64,000 bases of DNA from Eledone cirrhosa (Eukaryota): positions 333,250,001 to 333,314,000 of the forward strand of contig OZ024741.1 in the NCBI GenBank assembly GCA_964016885.1, in the 5' to 3' direction. This document shows, piece after piece, positions 45,405 to 61,599 of this stretch. Each line of letters begins with the position of its first letter. Position 1 is the first letter of the stretch. The position numbers and the translations under genes are program-made. The notes under the pieces were generated by a model. The model was given only the letters and a program-made list of their open reading frames with translations, searched no databases and was not told the origin of the DNA.

Positions 45405-46800
45405 ACACCACTACCACCACAACCACAACGACAACTACTACCTCTACTACCACCACAACTACAGCTACTACCACCACAACTACAGCTAATACCACCACTG
45501 CCACTATCACCACCACTACCACGACAACCACCACCTCTACTACCACCATAACTACAGCCACCATCGCAACCCCTATCACAACCACCACTATCACAACCAC
45601 CACCACCATTATCATAACCCCTACCACATCGCAGACACCGCCACACCCACCTCAACGACAACCACTACTTCCACTATCACCACAACTACAAACACCACCA
45701 CTACCATCACCACCCCTACCACAACCACCACCACCACCACCACCACAACCATAACCCCTACCACATCGCAGACACCGCCACACCCACCTCAACGACAACC
45801 ACTACTTCCACTACCACCACAACTACAAACACCACCACTACCATCACCACCCCTATCACAACCACCACCACCACCACCACCATTATCATAACCCCTACCA
45901 CATCGCAGACACCGCCACACCCACCTCAACGACAACCACTACTTCCACTATCACCACAACTACAAACACCACCACCACCATCACCACCCCTACCACAACC
46001 ACCACCACCACCACCACCACCACCACCATAACCCTACCACATCGCAGACACCGCCACACCCACCTCAACGACAACCACTACTTCCACTATCACCACAACT
46101 ACAAACACCACCACCACCATCACCACCCCTACCACAACCACCACCACCACCACCACCACCATCATCATAACCCCTACCACATCGCAGACACCGCCACACC
46201 CACCTCAACGACAACCACTACTTCCACTCCCACCACAACTACAAACACCACCACCACCACCACCACCCCTACCACAACCACCACCACCACCACCACCACA
46301 ACCATAACCCCTACCACATCGCAGACACCGCCACACCCACCTCAACGACAACCACTACTTCCACTCCCACCACAACTACAAACACCACCACTACCATCAC
46401 CACCCCTACCACAACCACCACCACCACCACCACCACCACCATAACCCCTACCACATCGCAGACACCGCCACACCCACCTCAACGACAACCACTACTTCCA
46501 CTACCACCACAACTACAGACACTACCAACACCACCACCATCACCACCCCTACCACAACTACCACCACCACCATAACTCCTACCACAACAGACACCACCAC
46601 CTCTACCACATCCCCTACACCCACCATAACAACAACCACTAACAACACCACTGCCACCATCACAACCACTACCTCTACTACCACTACTACCATCATCACC
46701 ATCCTAACCAACAAAAATGCGTCACCACTACCACCACCACCATCACAACAACAATCACTAACTCTACTACCACTACTACTGCAACCACTACCACCAATGA
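45405..46800. repeat. (CCA/CTA)n-derived tract with seven 137-140 bp higher-order units
   Basis: ATAACCC(C)TACCACATCGCAGACACCGCC at 45614, 45751, 45888, 46028, 46167, 46304 and 46441. Confidence 0.92.
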
Positions 46801-47008
46801 TATAGACACCTCTGCTGCTGCTAATGATGCTGCCCACCAAATTTCTTTGTTGTTGTTGTTGTTGTCCTTGCTGTTATTGTGCTGTGTTGTTGCTGCTACT
46901 GTTTATGTTTTTCTTATTGTTGTTGTTGCTTTTGTTTTTGTTGCTTTGTTGCTGTTGTTGTTGTTGTGTTAATATTTTTGTTTTATACTAGAGGAGTGAG
47001 AGATTGTG

Positions 47009-49770
<2,762 letters not shown>

Positions 49771-50775
49771 ATATAATATATAGATATTCATGAATGTCTG
49801 TATAGGAGGGTGTCTGTATGCCAGTCTATCTGTATATGTGGATAGGTATGTGCCTGTATGTCTGTATGTGCATATAGGTGTGTATGTGTATATAGGTGTG
49901 TATATGTATGCCTGTCTGTATGTGTATAGGTGTGTGTGTGTGTGTGTATGGGTAGAGGTGTCTATCTGTATATGTGTGTATAAGTGTCATAAAATATATA
50001 AAATGTCTTCTAATCTTCTTAAAACTCTCTCCATTCTGGTTGTTGGTTTTGGTTCTCTACAGAAAGAAAGAAGAAAAACCGTTTTTCTGTATTGACTACA
50101 GCAGGGAAATTCTAGAAAGTTTTAGAAATATTTTTATGAGAACATTAATGAACACAATTTGGGTGCATTGTATTTGGAAATAATGTCACCAATAGTCGCT
50201 GTGAGTGCAATAAAAGAGTTAATCTCAGTTCTAGATCTCACTTGTGCCAAGAATGGTGATACCATTGAACAAAGAATAAAACAATTCAACTGTGTAGTAA
50301 TTCCTTCACATTTTCTCCTCTATTTCTTTTCTTTATTGTTGGATTATTATTATTTTTTTTTTGGGGGGGGGGGGTTAGTTGTTTGTTTGTTTGTTTGTTT
50401 TTGTTTCGGAATTATTTTCTTATTCTTTCTTTCTTTATATCATTCCGTTTTTTTTTCGTTTTTTTTTGTCTTCTTTTTGGTTTTCTTTTTTTAAAATCAA
50501 TATACTTATGGCCGCTATTTTTCTATTTATCTTATGTTTATGAATTACTTCTGAGTTATTGAATTAGACGAGCGCTTTATAACCGAGAAGTGAATTTACT
50601 TACTCAGCCATGAGAGCATACCATTTGGCTGTACATCAAGGAACGTCTTAATATGATGGAAAATTTCGATTCGTTTGACTGATTTCTGAAGAGCTCATGA
50701 ATGGCAGATAATTGGCTGACTTGAGCCATGTCAGTTTAGATTCAGGAACATAATGTGTGTGTATGAGTGTGTATT

Positions 50776-50820
<45 letters not shown>

Positions 50821-50882
50821 TAAAACACACATATATGTATATATATATAGACACACATATATGTATATCACATACATACATG

Positions 50883-50924
<42 letters not shown>

Positions 50925-51247
50925 CATGTATGTCACATACACAAATATATAATACATGTATGTCACATACACAAATATATATATATGTAATTTATGTTAG
51001 GTTGTTTATCAACATATATAATAATAGATTCAAACAGACTCAAGGGTTATTTAAACTAAAGATATGTTTAGTATTTGCTGGTGGTAGCAGTACTAATATC
51101 AGTCTTTGAATGACAAAGAAGATATAGTCTGAATATGTTATAAAACTGTCTATATAACAGTAGTATATGATGTATACACACACACACATATATGTATATA
51201 TGCCTAGCAGCGAAAACAGACATTAAATAATGAAGATGATATATATG

Positions 51248-51304
<57 letters not shown>

Positions 51305-51324
51305 ATACACACACACATGCACAG

Positions 51325-51480
51325 TGATTGGTGGCATGACTAGGCAGTTATAGAGTTTGATTCACAATTATGTGATTCTGGGTTCAATCCCAATGTGTCA
51401 CACCTTGGGCAATTGTCTTCTACTATAGCCTCATGTTGACCTAATGAATTTCATACTGAGAAACTGCAGAAGCCCATCCT
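51325..51480 (+). mobile_element. tRNA-derived SINE
   Basis: GGGTTCAATCCC B box, ACCTTGGGCAATTGTCTTCTACTATAGCC, GAAACTGCAGAAGCCC. Confidence 0.6.
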
Positions 51481-51482
51481 AT

Positions 51483-51712
<230 letters not shown>

Positions 51713-52464
51713 ATATATATATAAAGTTTAGTGGCAAAGTTTAGTGATTAATCCATTCATTGTTTTGGGATTGTTTCAAAAGGCTGATTGATTATGATAA
51801 AATTGATATAGTGACTAATTGATAGTAGTTACATAACCCCATATTAGTCTTGATACTATAGTTACATCTCACCACCTTCCTCAGAAAATATATTTATACA
51901 GAAAGAGAGAAAGAAGAGATGTTACTGGTTAAGATCAACAAGATATCTTAACTGAGAAGTCTATACTTAAGAAATAATATCTATACTCTACTTTCCTTAA
52001 GTATAGAGTTTAATACAAGCGTCTTCTCAGGGACAGCAGTTGAGGCACAGGAGAGTGCAGACCCTCGACAACCTCTCAATGTTACAGCCTCAGAATTAAA
52101 CAAATCTACAGTGATATGCTTCACTACAAAACTCCATCTTAGAATTATTGAAAATTATAGTATCCCCCCAGAATTCAGACTGGTCCAATGCCCCCAACCC
52201 AACTCACAGAGCAATAAAACCTGGCAATAAGACTAGATTAATATTATCATTGATATCTTTTCTATACTGCCCCCCTCCCTCCCCCCCCCCCCCAAAAAAA
52301 AAGAAAGAAAACAACAAAATATATTTTTCTATAATATAAGCTTACTGGTTGATTTCATTTTGAAAGTTTTCTCTCAATAATATTGCCTCTCAATTCCCCA
52401 GTTTCAAAAGGGATTCAAATCAATCAACAAAATCCTAGTGTGATATATCCATCCTTTCACTCAC

Positions 52465-52513
<49 letters not shown>

Positions 52514-52579
52514 ACAACTATATATATATATTTATATATATATATTTGTACATATTTGTATATATATATATATATATAT

Positions 52580-53625
52580 ATCATCATCATCATTTTTATA
52601 TCTGCTTTTCCATTCATGCAAGGGTTGTAAGTGTTTTCTCCAACACACTGTGTCACCATGTGTTGTTTATCATTGTCATTCTCTTGTCATCTCCATGAGA
52701 TTAGTTTTTATCACTTCTTCCTTGTTACACCTTCTTTCTACCTGGATGGTTTCGTATTTTTTTATCTAGCCATCATCCACCAAATACATATACATCACAT
52801 GCCCATGCATATACAGTTTTCTCTCTTACACACTCAACTTGACTATACCCAATTTTCCTCCCACCTGATTTGTACATCAATGTTCTTAGTCATTTAATAT
52901 GGAAAATCCAATGGAATATGCCTACATCCTTCTTCCCAGCATTAACACATCCTCTGCATTCAATGTCCATGTTTCAATACTATGCAACATTGCACCTCAT
53001 ATGCAGTTATATGCATCATACAATCTGGCCTTAGCTCTGAGAGGGAGGCCCTTTGTTGCCAGCAGAAGTAATATCATTCCATTCTCACTCTGTATACTAT
53101 GGTTTTGCACCCTCTCCTCCACTGCTAATTAAGTCACCTAGGTAACAAAAGTTCTTCTCAAGACACCACCAATTTCTTTTTTTTTAATGGGGCAGAAGGG
53201 GGGGGGGGCTTCTTTGTTGGCCTGAACAACTACTGCATTGATGAGTTTTCTTCTTGTTTGCCCACTTATTTCTAGCAAGGTCGTATGGCAGAGTCCTTGA
53301 GTATTCCTTTGAGCAGGTCTTGTTACAAGCAACCATCTCCAATTGATCTGGCTGGATCCCCAAGTGTGACCAGCCAAGCTCATGGATGTTATCCAACCAT
53401 CTTGCACTGGGTCACTATCACAGTCCTATTTTCTCTCCTACTCACTAGTACTTTACTTTTGGCTTTTGATTCTAAGTTCTGTTTCCACAGTTGGAACTTA
53501 TTTTCTAGGTCATTAATGAATTTGGCTATAAGGACCAGATCATCTGCATATAGAAGTTCTCATGGGCAGCTGGTCTTAAATTCCTCTGTTATAGCCGGCA
53601 TCACATTGAAAATTAAAGTCTAATA
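52580..53625 (-). mobile_element. Degenerate RTE/LINE fragments
   Basis: The minus strand near 53575-53470 reads ..ELLYADDLVLIA..LENKFQLWKQNLESK; RTE tail at 52580-52630. Confidence 0.65.
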
Positions 53626-53889
53626 TTGAAAACTTTTACAATTTGTCAACTAGGAAAGATACTATACGCCTGTTGAATTAACAAAACACAATTTAAAATA
53701 TATTTTCTGCTAAATATGATGTTAAGAGTTAAGATGTTAAGAGTTAATACTGCATATCTTTATAATAATTTCTCCAGTAGTAAAGATACTATAAATATTT
53801 CAATTAAGAAAACACATTTTCAAAGGTATTTTCTCTTAAAAAGTTAAAGGACATATTTCTTTTCGTATAAAAGTCTAAAATCTGTCTTG

Positions 53890-54135
53890 AGCCTAGAGGC
53901 TCACCAGGATGGTGCTTATCCTGGTTTCCTTGGTATTAAACCACCATGAGGACAAGACTCCCCTCCTTCTGAACAGCATGCAAGGTTAAACCCCCAGCTA
54001 TTGTTGCTGGTACTCATTTTCAGCTGAGTATACTGGAACAATGTGAAATGAAGTGTTTTGCTCAAGAGCACAACACATAACCCAGTTCATGACATTATCA
54101 TCATAAGTTCAACAACATTACCACTAGGCCACACA
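53890..54135 (-). mobile_element. tRNA/CORE-like SINE
   Basis: GGTACTCATTTTCAGCTGAGT..CTGGAACAATGTGAAATGAAGTGTTTTGCTCAAG. Confidence 0.6.
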
Positions 54136-54767
54136 CATCCATTTCTCTACTATGCTGTAAGTGAATTTTTTTTTCTGCTAATAAATGGAATGAAAACGAA
54201 GAAAGTCATGCAGATGACTTTGATATGAATTTACACACAGGCATACACAGAAGAGAATGAAGATCAGTGAGACGAGATGTCATTATGATAGCATTGTTTG
54301 AAGTATTTAATGAAGTCCATCTGAAAATAAACATAACAAAAATTCTGAAACACTGTATTTGAAATAATCAGAATTAAAGAATTATTCCATAGATTTGATG
54401 CAGACAAAATAAAAAACAAGAAAAAAGAAAGAAACAATATAACAATCAAATGATATGAAACCAATCAATGCCATTTCTGAGAAAATCTTCATACTATTGA
54501 AATATGTTGGATGCTGGATAAATGTTGACAATATTAGAGCAGATAATAAAACAATTGGATAATAGAATTAAACCATGACAAATGTGTAATTACAGGATAA
54601 AAAAAGAACAAAAGCTATAATAGAACATCATCATCATCATCACCGTTTAGTGTCTGTTTTTCCCGCTAGCATGGGTTAGACGAGTTGTCTTGACGTTCAG
54701 AGAAGTCAGATCAGATGAATTAAATCATGATAGACATGCAATTACAGGATAAAAAAAAGATTAATAA

Positions 54768-55100
54768 TTGTTTCTGCTTTTGGCACAACCAGCAAATACC
54801 ACAGTGTATTACTGGTACTTTATTTTATCTACCCCATAAGGATGAAAGGCAAAGTTAAATTCGGCGGGATTTGAACTCAGAACGTAAAGGGCCATAACTC
54901 TATGCTAGAAAGCATGGCGTCCGACCCACTGTCGATACTGCCAATAAAATATAATATGAGGGGCAACTGAAAAGTTTATAGGCTGACCAAGATACTTTCA
55001 TGGAATTACTAAATGGGATATATTTTTCAACATAGTCCCAGGAAAGAAATAATGCACTTATTAATAAGAAGAATTGAAATTAATGCATACAAGATTTCAT
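54768..55100 (-). mobile_element. Meta-like SINE followed by mariner-type MITE half
   Basis: SINE 54768-54945; TATGAGGG..AAAAGTTTATAGGCTGACC from 54955. Confidence 0.7.
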
Positions 55101-55316
55101 TCTGTGATAAACAGGTGAAATTCCAAAGTAGCAAGAGTCACTTTTTAGCTTTAATAAAAATGAATATTAAAACTCTACTTCGGTATTGAGTACTCCTTTC
55201 CCTCAGCCACACACACACACACACATATACACATATATACATATAATATTTAATATAGAAATGGCTTCTACAGGACTAGAATTGTTAAATTAGAAGGATA
55301 TCCTCAGCCAAGCCAA

Positions 55317-55361
55317 CTGACGATTTCCTTCAAATGAAACAGTTCTGGTCCTGTAGAAGCC
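55317..55361 (+). ncRNA. Hammerhead core, family 5, lacking the 5' strand of stem I
   Basis: CUGACGA U..U GAAA CAG UUCUGGUC CUG UA GAAGCC; the upstream GCCAA does not pair. Confidence 0.5.
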
Positions 55362-55595
55362 ATTTCTATATTAAATATTGTATATACTCTATTATGTATT
55401 GAGTACCTGACTTATTGTGGTTACCCCCCCCCCCCTCCCGATTGAACCCGGAAATACATACATACATCTCTCTCTCTCTCTCTCACTATATATATATATA
55501 TATATATATATACATTATTCCGGGTTGAATCGAAGGTAACCACAGTAAGTAAGGTACTCAATACATAGCAGAGTATAAAAGTTTTAATATAGATG

Positions 55596-55646
55596 AGATT
55601 CTACAGGACTAGAACTGTTTCATTCTTTAGAAATCATCAGGAATCT
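55596..55646 (-). ncRNA. Type I hammerhead ribozyme, family 5
   Basis: AGAUUC CUGAUGA U UUC UAAA GAA U GAAA CAG UUCUAGUC CUG UA GAAUCU. Confidence 0.85.
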
Positions 55647-55920
55647 GGCTTTCCAAAAATAGATGTTGTATTTATAGATCTTTTCAGGTGGTAGGGGAGG
55701 GTGGGGAGTGGAATGGGTGTAGGTCATTGGTTGATAGAAAGGGAATTCATTAAAAGCTAATTCTTTAAAGTTCTACTTAGAGTGACAAAGGCCAAGAGAA
55801 TTCTATAAACCAGTTCAAAATATTGGGTGCCTATCATATCATTATCTTCAAATTTCTCTTAAGCTATATTCCAGGTGTCGACAGACACATTCACATACAC
55901 ACACACGCACACACACACAC

Positions 55921-55955
<35 letters not shown>

Positions 55956-55961
55956 CATATA

Positions 55962-56405
55962 TCTCTTTCGTCTGCGACTTCACAAAACTTGCGTTTACCG
56001 AATTCGTAGACCAGACCAACTTATCTTCTTCTTCTTCTTCTTCTTCTTCTTCTTCTTCTTCTTCCTCTTCTCTCCTTTTTCTTTTTCTCTCTCTCTCTCC
56101 TCCCCTCCCCCCCGTCAAACTTGGGCGAAATTCTTTCCTTGCTCACATTTCTACCAGGTTCGATGGTCTTTCGTCTCTTGTTCACGATTTCACAGAGTTT
56201 ATATTCATAGAGATCTGGGACTTGTCTATTTCTACTCACTTTCCGTTGCTTAAACCCTTTTGTTGTTACTCTAGCGTCCCCCTTTATTTACGTGTCCCAA
56301 CGACTTTTTTTAGCCGTTGTTCGCACCAACCTGAGGCATATGGCCCTTAAAGCGATGAAATGCCGAGGACGGTTGGAGGGTCACTGATGAAGGACTCACT
56401 TTTTC

Positions 56406-56407
<2 letters not shown>
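55962..56407 (+). mobile_element. Family 6 diverged single arm
   Basis: Homologous to 63755-64000 and to the reverse complement of 63208-63330. Confidence 0.75.
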
Positions 56408-56440
<33 letters not shown>

Positions 56441-56495
56441 CACACACATATACATATATACATATATATATATATATACACACACATATACATAC

Positions 56496-56532
<37 letters not shown>

Positions 56533-56543
56533 TATATATATAT

Positions 56544-57052
56544 GGTGGCTGCCAACTCGTTTTCGAGTACGGCCACTACTTTATATCCATGTAAGAGAAC
56601 CCATACCGATGCGCTGAACGAGTGTGACTTTTTAGTCCAGCTAGCGACTTGAAAACTCTGGTACAAACACTACACTTGTGACAATTATTGACACATAGTG
56701 CTGGGCCCATGGTACCATGTGACGACAAGTGCAGAGAGATCTCCAGATATAAAGCAATGCCTGTGCCGTGAAGCTTTTATAGTGAGCAAAGACACTGCAC
56801 AAAGCCAGTCCCACTCTCTTAACCAAGATGATATTTACCAAAAAGAAGAACAAATCAACATCATTGGATACCATCAGGGTTGCAGGTGTTATATCAGAGT
56901 TTTCTTGTCTCACGGTCGGGTCGTTGGCGACTAAACTGACAACCCCACCAAGGTTTCTTGGTGAGGAGGGTGACTTTGGACATCCTGCAAGACTAAAATC
57001 TAAACCTGTCAAAGGAGCTCTTAAGAGCCAATAGCCAACCAAAATCACCGGG

Positions 57053-57053
<1 letters not shown>
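56544..57053 (-). mobile_element. Non-autonomous RTE-like element with C2H2 remnant and 5' inversion
   Basis: 56584-56903 matches 61600-61919. 56915-57053 matches 61964-62105 in the opposite orientation. 3' hairpin at 56544-56577. Confidence 0.7.
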
Positions 57054-57086
<33 letters not shown>

Positions 57087-57235
57087 GTACACATATACAC
57101 ACACACATATATATATACACATATATACACATATATACACACATATACATATATATACATATACACATATATATACACACAAACATACACATATACACAT
57201 ACACTCACATATACATACATATATACATATACTCT

Positions 57236-57267
<32 letters not shown>

Positions 57268-57271
<4 letters not shown>

Positions 57272-58026
57272 TATGTATACGTACATACATATATGTATAC
57301 AGACGTACAGTAGTATGTATATATATATACATATATGCACACATATATATATATGTACGTATGGATTCACCGAACATTTATTATAATGCTCGGTGTGTTT
57401 GTAAACAAACACAGCGAGCATTATAATAAATGTTCGGTGAGTCCATACGTACATATATATATGTGTGCATGTATGTATATATATATACATACTACTGTAC
57501 GTCTGTATACATATATGTATGTACGTATACATACTTATATTTAAGTAACAGCCGTACTAAGAGTGGGAAATGAAATTTCGTTTCATTTTTTCCGTTTATC
57601 GTTTTCGGTGCACCCGGCCGATTAACACACTCGATATGCAAATTGGCTACTCAGCCGTTAATATGCATAAGGAAAGTATATACTTTCAGACGTTCAACCA
57701 TCTGGCAGGAAGGTATACGTTGCTGACGATAGCTAATAAGCTTGAAACTAGTACTGCGTTCCTTTGTCAGTGTTGAACAAATGAGCAACGATGGTTGTTA
57801 GACACTGTACGGCTTAATTCGGGATGTTTGTTTACAAACACACCGAGCATTACCATAAATGTTCGGTGAATCCATACGTACATATATATATGTGTGCATG
57901 TATGTATATATATATACATACTACTGTACGTCTGTATACATATATGTATGTACGTATACATACTTATATTTAAGTAACAGCCGTACTAAGAGTGAGAAAT
58001 GAAATTTCGTTTCATTTTTTCCATTT
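57268..58026. mobile_element. Family 3 element copy C: short minus arm plus 1.4 tandem monomers (period about 429 bp)
   Basis: 57428-57597 is repeated at 57857-58026. Confidence 0.9.
57717..57759 (+). ncRNA. Hammerhead ribozyme, family 3
   Basis: ACGUUG CUGACGA U AGCU AAUA AGCU U GAAA CUAG UA CUGCGU. Confidence 0.82.
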
Positions 58027-58155
<129 letters not shown>

Positions 58156-58212
58156 TATATATATATATCCATATATAATATTAGATCAAAAGATTGTTAA
58201 TAGAGTTCCAAG

Positions 58213-58283
58213 TATTATATTATGCGCATTTCAAAAACAAATATCATCATGGGATGATATCTGCGTTCTCATCAGATAAAATA
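58213..58283 (-). ncRNA. Type I hammerhead ribozyme in the PLE pseudo-LTR
   Basis: UAUUUUAU CUGAUGA GAACGCAGAUAUCAUC CCAU GAUGAUAUUUGUUUUU GAAA UGCGCA UA AUAUAAUA; palindromic AUGCGCAU. Confidence 0.85.
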
Positions 58284-60521
58284 AGGAGACATGATATGAA
58301 GCTTAAAAAACACTTGTGAGCAGTGAAGTTTTAAATCAACATATGAAAAATAAAGTAAGGAAAAGGTAAGGAAGATGAAGAAAGAAAATATTGGGGGAGG
58401 AGTATAAGAAAGAAAATGTTGGGGGAGTAGTATAAGAAGGAAGGATGAGAGAGGCGGAGAAATGAGTGATAGAGAGAGAGAAATAGCCTTTACAACTGAG
58501 AAAACATTGTCTCACAGAGAGAAATTAAAAAACCGTTGGAAGATAATAGATAATTTAAAAAGATTTTGAAATTAAAAGTTAATGAGGTTTATGGATGTTG
58601 ATGTTTATGATTGAAGAAAAAGGAATTAGGAATAGTATTAATTTAGGTTTATATATTGAAGGGTTTAATAATATGTGCGAAAAAAAGAATTTATTAATAT
58701 GTATTATTAAAATAAAAATATTAATGATATTAAGGATATAATGTGAAAGAAGGAGAAGAATAAATGAATTATGAATTTAGAGGAATTAGTTAGGGTTTAA
58801 GTTTATTTTTATGTATTGTAATATGTCAAAGTAAATAATAGGTTTAAAACGAGCACGGAAGGAGAGAAGAAAAAAGAGAATTTAAGGAAGAAAAAATATC
58901 TAACGTCAAAAAGTATATATGTTTACAAAAATTTTCTAATGGTAATATTATTATATATTAAAAATATATAGTTTCTATTGCCAATAATATGAGGAAAAAA
59001 TGGAAAATGGAAAATGCTGTAGTGAGTAATAATATGAATTGAGAAGTAATAGGGAAGTAAAAGTTACAGATTAAAGATTAGAAATTAAAAAAGAAAAAGA
59101 AAGAAAGGAAAAAGGATAAAAAGAAGAAATATAGGGGATCACAACGACATAGAGTGAGTAAATTGTATAATATAATATAATATACTGAAATAAGGTAGAA
59201 AGATGGGTATATTTGTAAAAGATCTAAAAGCCTTTGAGAAAAGAGGATTTTAAACTAATTAGGTATTGATATATTAGCTGTATACTTTATGGAATGTTCT
59301 ATGGGATTTATGCAAGCAGAGCGAAAATAAATCCATACGTCTATTTATTATAGAATTAAAATTAGATATAATAGTAAATTTCTCGGCTAGGCAGAGATTA
59401 CATGTTCTGGATAGGGAAGAATTCTGGTAAGGAAAGGCGTTGCAAACCTTCCTCCAAGAGATGTTATAGTTAATATTTTTCTCTTTTAAGGACCATATGA
59501 GTTCCGAGAGTGCCGTGTTAGTCCTTTTAAGTTGGTATTTAAAAGACGATTTGTGATTATAAAATCTTGCTTTAAAGGAAGTAGAAGTGGAACCGAAATA
59601 GGTAAAAGAATTAGTACCAGTTATAACCTTACATTCATACACTAAGATTTGATCAAGACATTGGTTATTAAGAGGACATTTAGTTCTAACAGGGCAATTA
59701 CAATTACGATTAGAGAAATTAACAGAGTTATTAACAGTGACCTAGTATTATTTATAGAAGGAATTGGATTGGAGAAGTTATTTACGATAGGAACTATAGT
59801 TTCCTGATTTAGATTGGTATTATGAACATTCAACGAAGTTACGTTTGACGTCGTATTTAAATTTACTGAATCTAGCCTAGAGTTAACATTGACGTCGGGT
59901 GTACTACTGCTATTATTATGACGCTCAGTGTTGGATGGATGTAATTTATTACTTAATATTTTATTATTGTGTTTAGAGATAATGTTAGAGATGTTGGAAG
60001 TGGTGGAATAAGAGAATTTGATTGTATGTTTGTTAAAGATTTTACTATAGATATGCGAGGGAGGGAAGCATTTATCTAAGGCCCTAAAGAATAGTTTAGG
60101 GATATTATTAGTGATAGATAGAGAAAAAGGAGCATTATACCAAATCATATTTTTTGTATCTAGGTCTTTTATTTAACTTATTGGAATGTTCATAATTAAC
60201 TATTTTACTATAAGTCCTTCGATGATTGATTTCTTTACTGTATTTAATTTTATCAGGATAGCCGGCTTTGGAAAGCGCATTATTATAGTAATTGGTATTA
60301 GCGTCGAAGATAACTTTATTAGAGGATAGATTTGAGATTCTTTTTCCAATATTACTGACTATAGCATTTTTAACGTCAGTGGAGTGGCTAGATTTAAAGT
60401 TAACATAATTTAGATTCTCATTGTTTTTATGGTAAAGGTAATATAGGCCAGTGTCAAGATTAAGGGATATATCCAAGAAGTTAGCTAGTTTGACGTTGTT
60501 ATCAAATTCAATTTTAAGGTT

Positions 60522-60950
60522 CTCTATCTAAGGCGGGTAAAATTCCCGAGATCCATGGACGAGTTCTCTCCAGCGGTCTCTGTCCCTCATTATCGCTGCC
60601 ATATCCTGCATCTCCAACAGACCAGTGTCTGTCCTTAGGGCATCAACATATGTTAACCTTGGTCTTCCACTTCTAGTGTGTCCATGTAGAGACATGAAAA
60701 TCCGCCTCTTCATTGCTGTAGTGGAGTCTGTGCTGCTGTATGGGTCTGAGACTTGGACACTGACCAAGAGACTCACTCAGATGGTGGATGGGTGCTACAC
60801 GAGAATGCTGAGGATGGCTCTGAACATTAATCAGTATACACTGAGGATGAAAAACTCAGAGCTGTATGGGAGCATCCCAAAAGTCAGCTCAAAAGTGACA
60901 CAGAGGAGACTGAGGTTGGCTGGACATGCTCACCGACATCCAGAGTTGAC
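60522..60950 (-). mobile_element. 5'-inverted, truncated RTE-like LINE nested in the PLE RT; 11-bp TSD
   Basis: TSD ATTTTAAGGTT at 60511-60521 and 60951-60961. The plus piece reads ESVLLYGSETWTLTK..RRLRLAGH..HPELT; the minus piece reads HGHTRSGRPRLTYVD..DRDRWR. Confidence 0.9.
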
Positions 60951-61599
60951 ATTTTAAGGTTATGGTGCTTAAATAGATCAAGTATATTGTTCTTAATAAT
61001 ATTAAGGTTAACTAAGTTACAGTTTAAGACAGTAAAAAGGGCATCGTCACGATAAATTCCACCGGGAAGTTGAGAAATTTTCCGATTTAAAGAATTCAGA
61101 ATAAAGATACCAATCAAATCAGTCAATTGCGATGAATCGGAAGTACCCAATGTGATATCAAAATTGTTGGAAGTATCAGCTCTAGTCCAATATTCATTGT
61201 TGAATTCCAAGATAGTTTTTCTTGCGGTGAGAATGATGCAAAGTTCATCTGTGGTAATGTCAGAATATTTAAATGCGAAAGATAGAGCGTTGTTGAGGAG
61301 TGAAGGCGAAATAGAGGAATAGTAACTGACAATGTCAAACTGAATAAATTTTTGTTTGTTTTTATTATTCAGGTCATTGAACCAGACAATTATTCAGATG
61401 TACCAATCCATAAATTTAAGTTAGAAATAGAGCAATTAGAACGAACCGGTGGGATAATTCTATCCAAGATGAATTTATTAACAACTCCCAGATCAGATTT
61501 AGAGGGGGCGATTAGTCTAACAGGCAGTTCCGTTCGAAAGTTACTTTTATGATCCTTGAGATTTATCCTCGGAGTTCTTGGGAAGAATGTTTCGTACAT

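Larger units (their letters stand above)
55244..55655. mobile_element. PLE family 5: fold-back copy (55244-55455) and a diverged minus copy (55515-55655)
   Basis: 55244-55285 is the reverse complement of 55339-55381. Tail ..TATGTATTGAGTACC..GTGGTTACC..AACCCGGAA occurs in both copies. Confidence 0.8.

Noticed and set aside
45328-46840. Thr/Pro-rich or poly-Val ORFs (mucin-like)
   Set aside because: Simple-repeat translations with frame-breaking unit lengths.
50100-50750. Complex unique sequence as a possible exon
   Set aside because: No recognisable protein motif or convincing splice pair.
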